Assembly: GCA_964593635.1 (NCBI GenBank) | Contig: CAZQHT010000003.1 | Span: forward strand, 2,490-50,685 | Direction of reading: 5' to 3' | Origin: an uncultured Aquiluna sp. | Lineage (GTDB): Bacteria; Actinomycetota; Actinomycetes; Actinomycetales; Microbacteriaceae | Length of the DNA stretch: 48,196 bases | Part shown: one piece after another, positions 29,867 to 39,894 of the stretch | Layout of the letters: each line of letters opens with the position of its first letter | Numbering within the stretch: position 1 is the stretch's first letter | Made by a program: the position numbers and the translations under genes | Notes under the pieces: generated by a model | What the model saw: only the letters and a program-made list of their open reading frames with translations | What the model was told of the DNA's origin: nothing | The model's database searches: none

Positions 29867-30822
29867 CAGCCCTCGGATGCCGAACGCTTAATTCGATCTC
29901 GGATTGCGACTGCAAGCCCCTCGCCCTCGGGGGCAATGACTCGCACAACCTCTAGACCTCGGGCATCGGCGTCGCGCAGCGCTGCATAAAGCAAACGAGC
30001 GTATTCCTCAACCGAATCCGGAGCGGCTAGTCGGATCACGTCGACTGGAGTTTCAATCTTCGAGTCAGCGATTAGCCCCTCGCCTGGGGATGCAAGCCCT
30101 CCGACAACGACCTTGGCATTTGGTGAGTAGTGCTGCTTATGAGAGCCCGAGACCCGGATGGAGGCTTCTGCTGGCTCTGCGACGACTATGCCGGTGCAGA
30201 GCTCGATGTCTTCTGCGGTAATTGCTCCTGGCCTCAGGATTGCTGGGTTAGATCCCGTGCAGTCAATGATGGTTGATTCGACGCCAACCTCAGAGCTGCC
30301 TCCTTCAAGAATTAGGTCGCCTTCATTCAGGTAAGCCTCCAGCTCCTGCTTCACAGAGTGGCCCGTGGTGGGGGAAACAGCCCCATAGCGATTTGCGCTT
30401 GGAGCAGCCAGGCCGTGGCCACCTAAGAATGCGAATGCTCGAAGCAAGCCAAGTGCCACGGGGTGATTTGGAAGCCGAACTCCAACGCTGGATTGCCCAC
30501 CTGTCACAAAGTCTTTCGAATTCTGAGTTCTAGGCAGGATCAAGGTCATGGGTCCCGGCCAAAACTTGGCCATCAGGGCCTGGGCATATTCGGGGATGTC
30601 TTTGGCAAAGTGATAGACATCCGCGGTCTCCCCGATGTGAACAATCAGCGGGTGGTTACTTGGTCTGTTCTTGGCCGCATATATCTTTGCGATTGCCGAT
30701 TCATCTTCGGCGTTTGCGCCAAGGCCATATACGGTCTCGGTTGGAAATGCCACTAGCCCACCTGCCTGCAGGTGCAGGGCAGCCTGAAGCAGGGTTTCAG
30801 GGGTTGGGTTGGTCAGCTCCAT
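29866..30822 (-). CDS. sua5: L-threonylcarbamoyladenylate synthase (Sua5-type)
   Basis: VAFPTETVYGLG, KNRP.NHPLIVH, WPGPMT, APSAN, ESTIID and linker HYSP, plus a SUA5 domain. Start set at ATG 30822, 7 nt after a TACGAT -10. Confidence 0.9.
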   Translation of the reverse strand: MELTNPTPETLLQAALHLQAGGLVAFPTETVYGLGANAEDESAIAKIYAAKNRPSNHPLIVHIGETADVYHFAKDIPEYAQALMAKFWPGPMTLILPRTQNSKDFVTGGQSSVGVRLPNHPVALGLLRAFAFLGGHGLAAPSANRYGAVSPTTGHSVKQELEAYLNEGDLILEGGSSEVGVESTIIDCTGSNPAILRPGAITAEDIELCTGIVVAEPAEASIRVSGSHKQHYSPNAKVVVGGLASPGEGLIADSKIETPVDVIRLAAPDSVEEYARLLYAALRDADARGLEVVRVIAPEGEGLAVAIRDRIKRSASEG

Positions 30823-30917
30823 GGTCAATATCGTAGGCGAAAGAACTTTGCTGGCCACGCTAGATAACTGGCTCCCCAAAAGGGTCTATGTTTGTGTCAC
30901 CGCCAGAAGGGTCTGCA

Positions 30918-31811
30918 ATGAAGCCACTTGGAGTTTTAGTTAATCCAGCCGCTAATCGCGGAAGAGGAAAACTGGTTGGCGATCAGGTCTTTGAGCTATT
31001 GCAGCGAGCTGGCATCCCCGCGATCAACCTCACATCCGAGAGCGCAATTGCAGCGAGCGAAAAATCTCGGTTGGCAATCTCCGCCCAGGAGATTTCTGGG
31101 GTTGTAGCAGTGGGCGGAGATGGAACCGCTCAACTCGGTGTGAACATTTGCGTTCCGAATCAGATTCCACTGGGAATTGTGCCGGCGGGATCGGGCAATG
31201 ATCAGGCTCGTCAGCTCAACATAAAGTTGGGTGACCCGGCAGCAGCTGTTGAAAACATTCTTGAATCACTCGCAACTCCTCGCCGAGTGGATGTGATGAA
31301 GGTTGTGACTTCCTATCGAGAGTTCTGGTCTTTCGGATCAATTTCAGGTGGCTTTGATGCGATGTGTGCGAATACCGCCAACAACCTCAAGTGGCCCAAG
31401 GGTCCAAACAGTTACGTGGCAGCGATGCTCATTGAGCTTCCAAAGTTCAAGCCAATCGAGTATTCAATTACTGTCGATGGCGAGCACCGCAAGATTCGAG
31501 CGATGCTTTGTGGAGTTGCCAACGTCAAGAACTTTGGTGGCGGAATGAAGATTTCCCCGGACAGCGAGGTTACCGACGGTGAGCTAGAAGTTTTCATTCT
31601 TCATGAGGTGTCGCGCCCGAGGCTGCTAAAGATCTTCCCAACCGTATACAAGGGCGAGCACACTCGGTTTCCTGAGGTCGAGATTTTCAAGGCTAAATCA
31701 ATTCGCATCGAGAACGATTCCTATCCGATGACCGCCGATGGCGAATTGATTGGTAATGCACCGTTTGGTGTCGAGGTTCACCCCGGCGGGCTCCAGCTAT
31801 TCAGCCGATAG
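30918..31811 (+). CDS. Diacylglycerol/lipid kinase family protein (YegS/Rv2252/BmrU)
   Basis: VNPAAN, VGGDGT, PAGSGND, FGGGM, DGE; start uncertain (30888 or 30918). Confidence 0.88.
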   Translation: MKPLGVLVNPAANRGRGKLVGDQVFELLQRAGIPAINLTSESAIAASEKSRLAISAQEISGVVAVGGDGTAQLGVNICVPNQIPLGIVPAGSGNDQARQLNIKLGDPAAAVENILESLATPRRVDVMKVVTSYREFWSFGSISGGFDAMCANTANNLKWPKGPNSYVAAMLIELPKFKPIEYSITVDGEHRKIRAMLCGVANVKNFGGGMKISPDSEVTDGELEVFILHEVSRPRLLKIFPTVYKGEHTRFPEVEIFKAKSIRIENDSYPMTADGELIGNAPFGVEVHPGGLQLFSR

Positions 31812-31857
31812 ATTGCCAAGAATCTTGATTTGTGGCATGCTTTCCAAGTTGCAATTC

Positions 31858-31933
31858 GGCTCCATCGTTTAGCGGCCTAGGACGCTGCCCTCTCACGGCA
31901 GTAGCGCGGGTTCAAATCCCGCTGGAGTCACCA
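31858..31933 (+). tRNA. tRNA-Glu(CTC)
   Basis: Acceptor GGCTCCA/TGGAGTC; anticodon arm CTGCC-ct CTC ac-GGCAG; GGTTCAAATCC; encoded CCA. Confidence 0.95.
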
Positions 31934-31972
31934 AATCTCGCTCTTGATGAATTCATCTCGGGAGCGAGATTT
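31933..31972. terminator. Hairpin downstream of tRNA-Glu and the convergent MFS gene
   Basis: AAATCTCGCTC...GAGCGAGATTT inverted repeat. Confidence 0.7.
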
Positions 31973-31978
31973 CTTCGT

Positions 31979-33220
31979 TTAACGCCACCTGCGAGCAAAG
32001 CTCGTGGCAAACACAATCAAAACCACGGGCAGCAGCGCTGCCGCATTCAGTCCACTGAAGCTATAGGTGGCCAAGATGGTGCCGGCAACCGCTCCTCCAA
32101 ATGCACCCGAGAAGTTCATAAGCGAATCGCTAAATCCTTGAACCTTGCTGCGCTGCTCAACTCCGAGGGTCTCCGAAAGTAGTGCGCTGGCAGCAACGGT
32201 CGAGGCTGACCAGCCAATGCCCAGCAGTGCTAACCCAATGATTACCATCACAAAGTTGGATTGGCCCAAACCAGCAACCAGCAGCGAACAGATGAATATC
32301 AGCTGACCCAAAACTATGGTTTTTCTGGCACCAAAGCGGTCGCTGAGCCATCCAAAGACCGGAGCCATTGCATACATTCCCGCAACGTGTAGTGAGATGG
32401 TGAGGCCAACATCGGCCAGGCTGTGGCCCTCGGCATTGAGGTGGGCGGGGGTCATCGACATTACCGAGACCATTACCAAGTGGCTCAGCGCGATGGTTAG
32501 GACCGCGTAACCCGCGAGTGGAACCGAGCGAATCACTTGAATCGCCTCTTTGACCCCAACGTTTTTGCGCTTCTCGCTAAGTCCTGCCATGTCTCTGGCC
32601 ACAATCAGCGGGTCAGGTCTGAGTCCAAACCAAAACACCAGGGTTGAGCCAAGTTGGGCTGCGATTGTGAAAAGAAATGGTCCGGCCAAATGAGGCATGC
32701 CAATGGAGAGTCCAAAGGCTTCGCCCGGTGCCACCAGGTTTGGTCCGATCACGGCACCCAGGGTCGTGGCCCAAACCACTAGAGAAAGGTCTTTCGCCTT
32801 CGGTCTATTGAGCGGAAGGTCGGTGGCGGCAAAGCGGGCCTGAAGTGAAACCGCCGATCCTGCACCAAGCATGAAAAGCGCAATTAGCTCAATGGGAAAG
32901 GATCTGGTTGCGGCAGCAATGATCATCGCGCTTGCACCAAAGATTGCAAGCGCTGCTCCAGAGGCAAGTGCTACGCGGCGACCTTTTCGATAGGCGAGGT
33001 TTGCCAGTGGGATTGCAGAGAATGCAGAACCGAGGGTGCTGAGGGTTGCTGCCGCTCCCGACCAGGCTGTGCTGCCTGAGAGTTCAACAGCCATGATTGC
33101 GCCCACTGAAAGGGTGGCGCCGAGTCCAAATCCGCCTAGGGCTTGACCGCCAGCCAGCACCTTGACGGTTTTTGACTGGAGTTTTTCAAGATCTGCCTGA
33201 TTTATTGGAACCACTCTCAC
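31979..33220 (-). CDS. MFS transporter
   Basis: About 12 TM segments; [10 protein letters not shown] (motif A) and QARFAATD. The start may be GTG 33214. Confidence 0.88.
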   Translation of the reverse strand: MRVVPINQADLEKLQSKTVKVLAGGQALGGFGLGATLSVGAIMAVELSGSTAWSGAAATLSTLGSAFSAIPLANLAYRKGRRVALASGAALAIFGASAMIIAAATRSFPIELIALFMLGAGSAVSLQARFAATDLPLNRPKAKDLSLVVWATTLGAVIGPNLVAPGEAFGLSIGMPHLAGPFLFTIAAQLGSTLVFWFGLRPDPLIVARDMAGLSEKRKNVGVKEAIQVIRSVPLAGYAVLTIALSHLVMVSVMSMTPAHLNAEGHSLADVGLTISLHVAGMYAMAPVFGWLSDRFGARKTIVLGQLIFICSLLVAGLGQSNFVMVIIGLALLGIGWSASTVAASALLSETLGVEQRSKVQGFSDSLMNFSGAFGGAVAGTILATYSFSGLNAAALLPVVLIVFATSFARRWR

Positions 33221-33263
33221 AATCTACTCGTCAGCTAAACTTAGGAACCTAACAAAAGCGAGG

Positions 33264-34685
33264 TTGGTAGTGACTTCTAAGCCATTGACGCTTGCCGAAA
33301 AGCTCTGGAACGACCACTTGGTCGTAAAGGGCGAGAACGGCTCACCAGATTTGCTCTACATCGACCTTCACCTCATCCACGAGGTCACGTCTCCACAGGC
33401 CTTTGATGGCTTGCGCCTTGCAGGCAGAGACATCCGTCGCAAAGACCTAACTATTGCAACCGAAGACCACAACACCCCGACTCTTGATATTCACCTTCCG
33501 ATTGCGGACCCGACCTCCAGGGTGCAGGTCCAGGCGCTTCGGGATAACACCGCCGAGTTTGGAGTTCGAATCCACTCGCTGGGAGACAAGAACCAGGGCA
33601 TTGTGCACGTGGTTGGGCCTCAGCTTGGTTTGACCATGCCTGGAATGACAATTGTTTGCGGTGACTCCCACACCTCAACCCATGGAGCGTTTGGTTCACT
33701 TGCAATGGGTATCGGCACCAGCGAGGTGGAGCATGTTTTGGCAACTCAGACTCTCCCACTGCAGCCGTTTAAGACCATGGCCATCAATGTCGAGGGAACC
33801 CTGCGTCCAGGGGTTAGCGCTAAGGACATCATTTTGGCTGTGATTGCCAAGATTTCCACCGGCGGTGGTCAGGGCTATGTCTTGGAGTATCGCGGCAGTG
33901 CGATTCGAGCGCTCTCGATGGAGGGCCGCATGACTATCTGCAACATGTCTATCGAGGCTGGTGCTCGAGCAGGACTCGTTGCTCCAGATCAGATCACCTT
34001 CGATTACCTAAAGGGCCGCCCGCACGCTCCCGAAGGCGCGGACTGGGATGCTGCACTTGAGTACTGGAAGACTTTGAAGACCGACGACGACGCAGTGTTT
34101 GACGCTGAGGTCTTCATCGACGCAAATACCCTCGACCCATTTGTGACCTGGGGCACCAACCCTGGCCAGGGCGTATCGCTACTGGATTCAGTTCCAAACC
34201 CAGCGGAGATCACCGACCCCAACGAGCGGGCTGCCGCTGAGCGAGCACTTGAATACATGGACCTCACTCCCGGCACCAAAATGAAGGACATTGCGGTGAA
34301 CACCGTGTTCCTAGGCTCTTGCACCAACGCTCGCATCGAGGACCTTCGCGCCGCCGCTTCGATTGTGAAGGGTCGAAAGAAGGCCGACAGTATTCGAATG
34401 ATGGTTGTTCCAGGCTCACAGAAGGTGAGGCTCCAGGCCGAAGAAGAGGGTTTGGACAAAGTCTTCAAGGATTTCGGAGCAGAGTGGCGTTTCGCCGGCT
34501 GCTCGATGTGTTTGGGCATGAACCCGGACCAGTTGGCGGTAGGGGAGCGAGCAGCTTCAACGTCGAACCGAAACTTTGAGGGCCGCCAGGGCAAGGGTGC
34601 GAGAACTCACCTGGTCTCACCGGTGGTAGCGGCTGCAACTGCAGTGCGCGGAACACTTTCTAGCCCATCAGATTTGGAGGGCTAA
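33264..34685 (+). CDS. leuC: 3-isopropylmalate dehydratase large subunit
   Basis: [45 protein letters not shown]. Confidence 0.97.
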   Translation: MVVTSKPLTLAEKLWNDHLVVKGENGSPDLLYIDLHLIHEVTSPQAFDGLRLAGRDIRRKDLTIATEDHNTPTLDIHLPIADPTSRVQVQALRDNTAEFGVRIHSLGDKNQGIVHVVGPQLGLTMPGMTIVCGDSHTSTHGAFGSLAMGIGTSEVEHVLATQTLPLQPFKTMAINVEGTLRPGVSAKDIILAVIAKISTGGGQGYVLEYRGSAIRALSMEGRMTICNMSIEAGARAGLVAPDQITFDYLKGRPHAPEGADWDAALEYWKTLKTDDDAVFDAEVFIDANTLDPFVTWGTNPGQGVSLLDSVPNPAEITDPNERAAAERALEYMDLTPGTKMKDIAVNTVFLGSCTNARIEDLRAAASIVKGRKKADSIRMMVVPGSQKVRLQAEEEGLDKVFKDFGAEWRFAGCSMCLGMNPDQLAVGERAASTSNRNFEGRQGKGARTHLVSPVVAAATAVRGTLSSPSDLEG

Positions 34686-35291
34686 ATGGAAAAGATTTCT
34701 ACCTTCCACGGAGTTGCGGCTCCCCTGAAGCGCGGCAACGTTGACACTGACCAGATCATCCCAGCCGTCTATCTAAAGCGCATCACCAAGACTGGTTTTG
34801 AAGACGGCTTGTTTGCCAACTGGCGTCAGGCTGAGCCTGACTTCGTGCTGAACCAAGACACTTACAAAAACGCCAAGATCTTGATTGCTGGTCCAGATTT
34901 TGGAACCGGTTCATCTCGTGAGCATGCGGTTTGGGCGCTGCGCGACTTTGGATTCCAGGCGGTCTTCTCTGCCAAGTTTGCAGATATCTTCCGTGGCAAT
35001 TCGGGCAAACAGGGCCTTATCTCGGGCGTGATTACCGAAGCCGAGACCGAGCAGATATGGGCTGAGCTCGAGGCCAATCCCGGCATCGAAGCATTTGTAG
35101 ATCTGCCGAACCAAACACTGCGGGTGGGTGAAATCACCGTCAGTTTTGAGATAGACGAATACACTAAGTGGCGTCTCATGGAGGGCCTTGACGACATCGG
35201 AATTACCCTCCAAAACGAAGCGGCAATCGTCGCCTACGAGGCCAAGCGAGAGTCCTGGAAGCCAAAGACTCTCCCTGCCAAAGGAGTCTGA
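34686..35291 (+). CDS. leuD: 3-isopropylmalate dehydratase small subunit
   Basis: [29 protein letters not shown]. Confidence 0.97.
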   Translation: MEKISTFHGVAAPLKRGNVDTDQIIPAVYLKRITKTGFEDGLFANWRQAEPDFVLNQDTYKNAKILIAGPDFGTGSSREHAVWALRDFGFQAVFSAKFADIFRGNSGKQGLISGVITEAETEQIWAELEANPGIEAFVDLPNQTLRVGEITVSFEIDEYTKWRLMEGLDDIGITLQNEAAIVAYEAKRESWKPKTLPAKGV

Positions 35292-36608
35292 TTGAGCACA
35301 ATAACCATCAATGGTGGCAAGCCACTGGTTGGTCGGGTTGAGCTCAAGGGAGCAAAAAACCTCGTCACCAAGGCCATGGTCGCTGCCCTTTTGGGGGAGA
35401 CCCCATCCAGGCTGTTGGATGTTCCTCACATCTCAGACGTTGAGGTTGTTTCTGGTCTGCTTGAGCTTCACGGCGTAGCTATCACGCACGACCCAATCAC
35501 TGGTGACATGGTGCTCGATTCTTCAAAGGTCGAGCAGGCTCGCATGGTTGACATCGATGCTCACGCCGGATCTTCCAGAATCCCAATCCTTTTCTGCGGC
35601 CCGCTATTGCACCGCTTGGGCGAAGCTTTCATTCCAGGACTTGGTGGCTGTGAGATTGGCGACCGACCAGTGGACTTCCACTTCGATGTCCTCAGAAGCT
35701 TCGGTGCTGTAATTGAGAAACTGCCAACCGGCACACGCCTGAGTGCACCCGAGGGACTGCACGGAGCAAAGATTTCTCTTCCCTACCCTTCGGTTGGTGC
35801 AACCGAGCAGGTATTGCTCTCGGCCTGTGTGGCAGATGGCAAGACGGAGCTCTCCGGAGCAGCCATTGAGCCTGAGATTATCGACCTAATCAGCATCCTG
35901 CAGAAGATGGGTGCAATCATCTCGGTCGACACCGACCGAGTGATTCGTATCGAGGGCGTGAAGCGGCTAACCGGCTTCACCCACAACGCACTCTTTGACC
36001 GCAACGAGGCAGCCTCTTGGGCCGCAGCAGCCCTCGCTACCCACGGCGACATTTTTGTTGGTGGCGCTCGCCAGGTTGAGATGATGACCTTCCTAAACGT
36101 CTACCGCAAAGTCGGTGGCGGGTTTGATATTCACGATGATGGAATTCGCTTTTTCCACCCCGGCGATGAGCTGAACCCGGTAGTTATCGAGACCGATGTT
36201 CACCCTGGATTCATGACCGACTGGCAGCAGCCTTTGGTAGTTGCCCTGACTCAGGCGAACGGTCTTTCAATCGTTCACGAGACCGTTTATGAGAACCGCT
36301 TCGGTTTCACCGATGCGCTTCGCCAAATGGGTGCCCAGATTCAGATTTACAAGGACTGCCTCGGTGGCCACCCCTGCCGCTTTGGGCAGCGAAACTACCT
36401 GCACTCCGCAGTGATTTCAGGACCAACCGAACTCCACGCAGCAGACATTCGAGTTCCGGATCTTCGCGGTGGTTTCTCGCATGTTGTGGCAGCTTTGGCA
36501 GCCGAGGGAACCTCAAACGTGAGCAACGTGCAGTTGATCTCACGCGGTTACGAGCGCTTCATTCAAAAGCTTGGTGACCTCGGCGCTGACTTCGAGTTTC
36601 AGGCCTAG
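35292..36608 (+). CDS. murA: UDP-N-acetylglucosamine 1-carboxyvinyltransferase
   Basis: GAKN, GGCEIGDRP, SVGATE, PGFMTD, ETVYENRF, DLRGG, RGYE. Confidence 0.95.
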   Translation: MSTITINGGKPLVGRVELKGAKNLVTKAMVAALLGETPSRLLDVPHISDVEVVSGLLELHGVAITHDPITGDMVLDSSKVEQARMVDIDAHAGSSRIPILFCGPLLHRLGEAFIPGLGGCEIGDRPVDFHFDVLRSFGAVIEKLPTGTRLSAPEGLHGAKISLPYPSVGATEQVLLSACVADGKTELSGAAIEPEIIDLISILQKMGAIISVDTDRVIRIEGVKRLTGFTHNALFDRNEAASWAAAALATHGDIFVGGARQVEMMTFLNVYRKVGGGFDIHDDGIRFFHPGDELNPVVIETDVHPGFMTDWQQPLVVALTQANGLSIVHETVYENRFGFTDALRQMGAQIQIYKDCLGGHPCRFGQRNYLHSAVISGPTELHAADIRVPDLRGGFSHVVAALAAEGTSNVSNVQLISRGYERFIQKLGDLGADFEFQA

Positions 36609-36610
36609 TA

Positions 36611-37375
36611 ATGGGTGAAGTTAGGGTTCCAAAAGTCCCAAAGCGGGAAAACACCGGAGCCTTCATGATGGTGGCCTCTGTTCTAGCCCCGCTTGTGAGA
36701 ATCTTCTTTAGGGTCAAAACCGAAGGGCTAGAAAACCTCCCAAAGGGTGGCTACATCCTTGTCGGTAATCACCTCAGCTACTTAGATCCGCTGGCCTTTG
36801 CCTACTCGGTTTACTTCCACATGAAGCGTGCCCCGCACTACTTGGCCAAGGAAGCTCTCTTTAGGATTCCAATTCTGGGCGGCCTGCTTCCGAAGTTTGG
36901 ACAGATTCCGGTCTACAGATCCGGCAGGGTAAACGACGAGCCAATGAGGGCAGCCAAGGAGTTTCTCAAGGCTGGCCAGGTCGTTGTCATCTTCCCTGAG
37001 GGAACCCTCACCAGAGACCCGGATCTTTGGCCAATGCGCGGCAAAGCTGGCGCAGTTCGCCTGGCCGTTGAGATGGGATTGCCGATTGTTCCGGCCGCCC
37101 ACTGGGGCGTTGCACAGGTGATGGGCCCGTACTCCAAAAAGATTTCACCTAACCCATTTCACCTCGTTCGAGTGAAGATCGGTAAGCCGATGCGTTTCGA
37201 CGAACTTGATAAAGACAACCTCAGCACCGCAGCTTTGGCTACCGCTACCGATTCTGTGATGCACGCCATCGGCGCACTGGTTGGCGAAATGCGCGGCGAG
37301 ACTCCTCCCAAAGAGCTTTGGGATCCTGCCAAGAAGGGCCAGAGCGAGATCGGCAACTTTAGGAAGAAGAAGTGA
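36611..37375 (+). CDS. Lysophospholipid acyltransferase (PlsC family)
   Basis: NHLSYLD, FPEGTLTRD. Confidence 0.9.
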   Translation: MGEVRVPKVPKRENTGAFMMVASVLAPLVRIFFRVKTEGLENLPKGGYILVGNHLSYLDPLAFAYSVYFHMKRAPHYLAKEALFRIPILGGLLPKFGQIPVYRSGRVNDEPMRAAKEFLKAGQVVVIFPEGTLTRDPDLWPMRGKAGAVRLAVEMGLPIVPAAHWGVAQVMGPYSKKISPNPFHLVRVKIGKPMRFDELDKDNLSTAALATATDSVMHAIGALVGEMRGETPPKELWDPAKKGQSEIGNFRKKK

Positions 37376-38370
37376 GCCGCATCGTCGTAATGGGTGCCGG
37401 AAGCTGGGGCACCACGATTGCGAAGGTCATCGCCGATGGTGGCGAGGATGTCACGCTTTGGTCCAGGCGACCAGAGGTCGCGGATGAAATCAACTCCTTC
37501 CACCGCAATGGTGATTACCTGCCGGGCATCAACCTTCCCAAAAACTTGACCGCGACATCAAGCATCGAGTCCGCACTTGCAAATGCCGAGCAGATCTATC
37601 TGGCCGTGCCATCGCAGACTCTGAGGGACAACCTGGTCAGCTGGAAGCACCTAATTCCTGAGGCCGCGACTTTGGTGAGCCTCATCAAGGGCCTTGAGGC
37701 TGGAACTGGGTTGCGAATGAGCCAGGTCATGCATGAGGCAACTGGAGTTTCACTGGACCAGGTGGCAGTTGTTTCCGGTCCTAACCTCGCGCTTGAGATT
37801 GCAAAAGGTGAGCCGGCAGCATCGGTTTGCGCTTGTCCCGATGCCGATCGTGCAGCCGAGGTGGCAAAGGTTTGTTCCTCCGATTACTTCACGGTCTTCA
37901 CCAATCAGGACCTGATTGGAACCGAGTTGGGTGGCGTTCTGAAGAACCTGATTGCGGTTGCCATCGGAATCGTGAACGGTCTTGGATATGGTCAAAACAC
38001 CAAAGCGTCGATCATGACTAGAGGTCTGGCTGAGATTACAAAGTTTGCCGTTGCGCAAGGGGCGAGAAGGCGAACCATGTTTGGACTCGCGGGTCTTGGA
38101 GACTTGATTGCCACCAGCGAGTCTTCGCTGTCTCGAAACTTCAGGGCTGGAGAGATGCTCGGTCAGGGCTACTCCAAGCGCGAGGTGCTCAAGCGCATGC
38201 AGCAAACCGCAGAGGGATTGAGCTCGGTTGAGCCTGTTCTTGAGATTGCCGAACGCCATGGCATTGAGATGCCGATTGCATCCCAGGTTTTGGATGTCAT
38301 CGAGGGAAGAATGGACCCGAAGGATTTCGGCAGACAGCTGAACCTGCAGGATGCCGTGGAGGTGGAGTGA
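37372..38370 (+). CDS. gpsA: NAD(P)H-dependent glycerol-3-phosphate dehydrogenase
   Basis: GAGSWGT, SGPNLA, LKNLIA, GLAGLGDL, SRN, AEG. Confidence 0.95.
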   Translation: MSRIVVMGAGSWGTTIAKVIADGGEDVTLWSRRPEVADEINSFHRNGDYLPGINLPKNLTATSSIESALANAEQIYLAVPSQTLRDNLVSWKHLIPEAATLVSLIKGLEAGTGLRMSQVMHEATGVSLDQVAVVSGPNLALEIAKGEPAASVCACPDADRAAEVAKVCSSDYFTVFTNQDLIGTELGGVLKNLIAVAIGIVNGLGYGQNTKASIMTRGLAEITKFAVAQGARRRTMFGLAGLGDLIATSESSLSRNFRAGEMLGQGYSKREVLKRMQQTAEGLSSVEPVLEIAERHGIEMPIASQVLDVIEGRMDPKDFGRQLNLQDAVEVE

Positions 38371-39431
38371 TGCAAACCATCGCCCTTATTTACGGAGGCC
38401 AGTCTTCAGAACACTCGGTGTCATGCGTGACCGCCCTCGGAGTGCTCTCTGCAATCGACCTGTCGAAGTATCGAGTGATTCAAGTTGGAATCACCAAATC
38501 TGGTCGATTTACTGACTCGCCAGTCAGCCTGGACTGGACTCTCGCTCAGCACCCTGAAGTCAGCGCTCATGCTCCTGAGATTTCCTTTACTCCTGGAAGT
38601 AGTTCTGTCACTCTTTCCAGTGGTGAGAGCGTCAAGATCGACTTGGCGTTCCCGGTGCTGCACGGACCAAACGGTGAGGATGGTTCGGTTCAGGGACTCC
38701 TGCAACTGATGGGTGTCCCATACGTTGGCAATGGCGTGCTGGCCTCTTCTTTAGCCATGGAAAAATCCAAGGCAAAGGCAGTTTTTCGGGATGCAGGCAT
38801 CGCAGTCGCAGCTGAGCTTGTAATCGACAGAGCCAGTTGGACTTTGGACAGGGAAGCTCAACTTTCCAGAGCCAGAGCGTTTGCGAAGTCTGAGGTCTTC
38901 GTGAAGCCATCACGCTCGGGGTCCTCGGTAGGAGTAACGCTCGTCAAGCAGCACTCAGAACTGGAAGCAGCAATCGACCTGGCGTTGAGTCTTGATCAAA
39001 CAGCATTGGTCGAAGAGCGAGTCTTCGGGCGAGAAGTGGAGTGCTCAGTTTTGGAGAAGCCAACCGGTGAGTTGGTTGTTTCGGTGGCCGGTGAGATTGT
39101 GGTTACCGGACGAGAGTTTTATGACTACGAGGCTAAGTATCTAGATGGTGGGGCTGACCTCTTGGTCCCAACTGTGCTCAGTGAGAACGAGCTATCCCAA
39201 ATGCAAGATCTCGCGATTAGAGCCTTTAGGGCTCTCGGTTGCTCGGGGCTGGCTCGGACAGATTTCTTTTTGACCCAATCTGGATTTGTGCTCACCGAGG
39301 TCAACACCATGCCTGGGTTCACACCTATTTCGATGTATCCGTCGCTTTTTGCAGCCTCAGGTGTTAGCTACACCGAACTCATTCAGACTCTGATCGAAAC
39401 TGGCCTCGCGAAGGGCATAGACCCGCGCTAG
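38367..39431 (+). CDS. ddl: D-alanine--D-alanine ligase
   Basis: GGQSSEHSVS, LHGPNGEDG, GSSVG, FYDYEAKY, EVNTMPGFT. Confidence 0.95.
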   Translation: MMQTIALIYGGQSSEHSVSCVTALGVLSAIDLSKYRVIQVGITKSGRFTDSPVSLDWTLAQHPEVSAHAPEISFTPGSSSVTLSSGESVKIDLAFPVLHGPNGEDGSVQGLLQLMGVPYVGNGVLASSLAMEKSKAKAVFRDAGIAVAAELVIDRASWTLDREAQLSRARAFAKSEVFVKPSRSGSSVGVTLVKQHSELEAAIDLALSLDQTALVEERVFGREVECSVLEKPTGELVVSVAGEIVVTGREFYDYEAKYLDGGADLLVPTVLSENELSQMQDLAIRAFRALGCSGLARTDFFLTQSGFVLTEVNTMPGFTPISMYPSLFAASGVSYTELIQTLIETGLAKGIDPR

Positions 39432-39871
39432 TTGGTGGTTAGGGTGCAGACCTTGGTTGCGGGTATCTGCGATACCGCTTGACCCAGTCCCTCAAGCGCA
39501 GTTATTCCACTCGCATTCTTGGAATCAACAATCACCTCAACGGCTGGGAATCTTGCATAGCTAATGAATCGGTAGTTCGGGGCATCGCTTTCATCCACTA
39601 ACCAGTCCACCTCTCCAGCGGTCACGCAAGGGAGAGTGGAAACCTCAACACCCTCTAGGCCACAGCGCAGCAGAACCGATGCTGGCTCGCCCCAAGCTCC
39701 TGTGGCCTGAGCATTGGTTTGCCGCTTCTGAAGCTCACCCAGCTCTGCAGGCAGTCGGACCGAAACCTCTGCGCAGGCCGGATCGTTGGAAAACTCGGCT
39801 GCGCTGAGGTTCACCATTGGCGTGCAGCCGGATAGCACCAGGACAAAAGGGATAAGGAAGAGCTTTCGCAT
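39428..39871 (-). CDS. DUF3515-like lipoprotein
   Basis: Lipobox LSGC; AWGEP...LRCG and VDW motifs; usual ddl/thiL position. Confidence 0.75.
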   Translation of the reverse strand: MRKLFLIPFVLVLSGCTPMVNLSAAEFSNDPACAEVSVRLPAELGELQKRQTNAQATGAWGEPASVLLRCGLEGVEVSTLPCVTAGEVDWLVDESDAPNYRFISYARFPAVEVIVDSKNASGITALEGLGQAVSQIPATKVCTLTTN

Positions 39872-39894
39872 CTGTTACAGGCTAGCGTTATCGG

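Noticed and set aside
31832-32182. 116-aa ORF on + strand
   Set aside because: It runs through tRNA-Glu and antisense to the MFS gene, with no recognisable motifs
34004-34594. 196-aa antisense ORF in leuC (similar ones at 34911-35429, 37750-38259 and 12215-12670)
   Set aside because: Shadow ORFs expected from codon bias on the strand opposite well-supported genes
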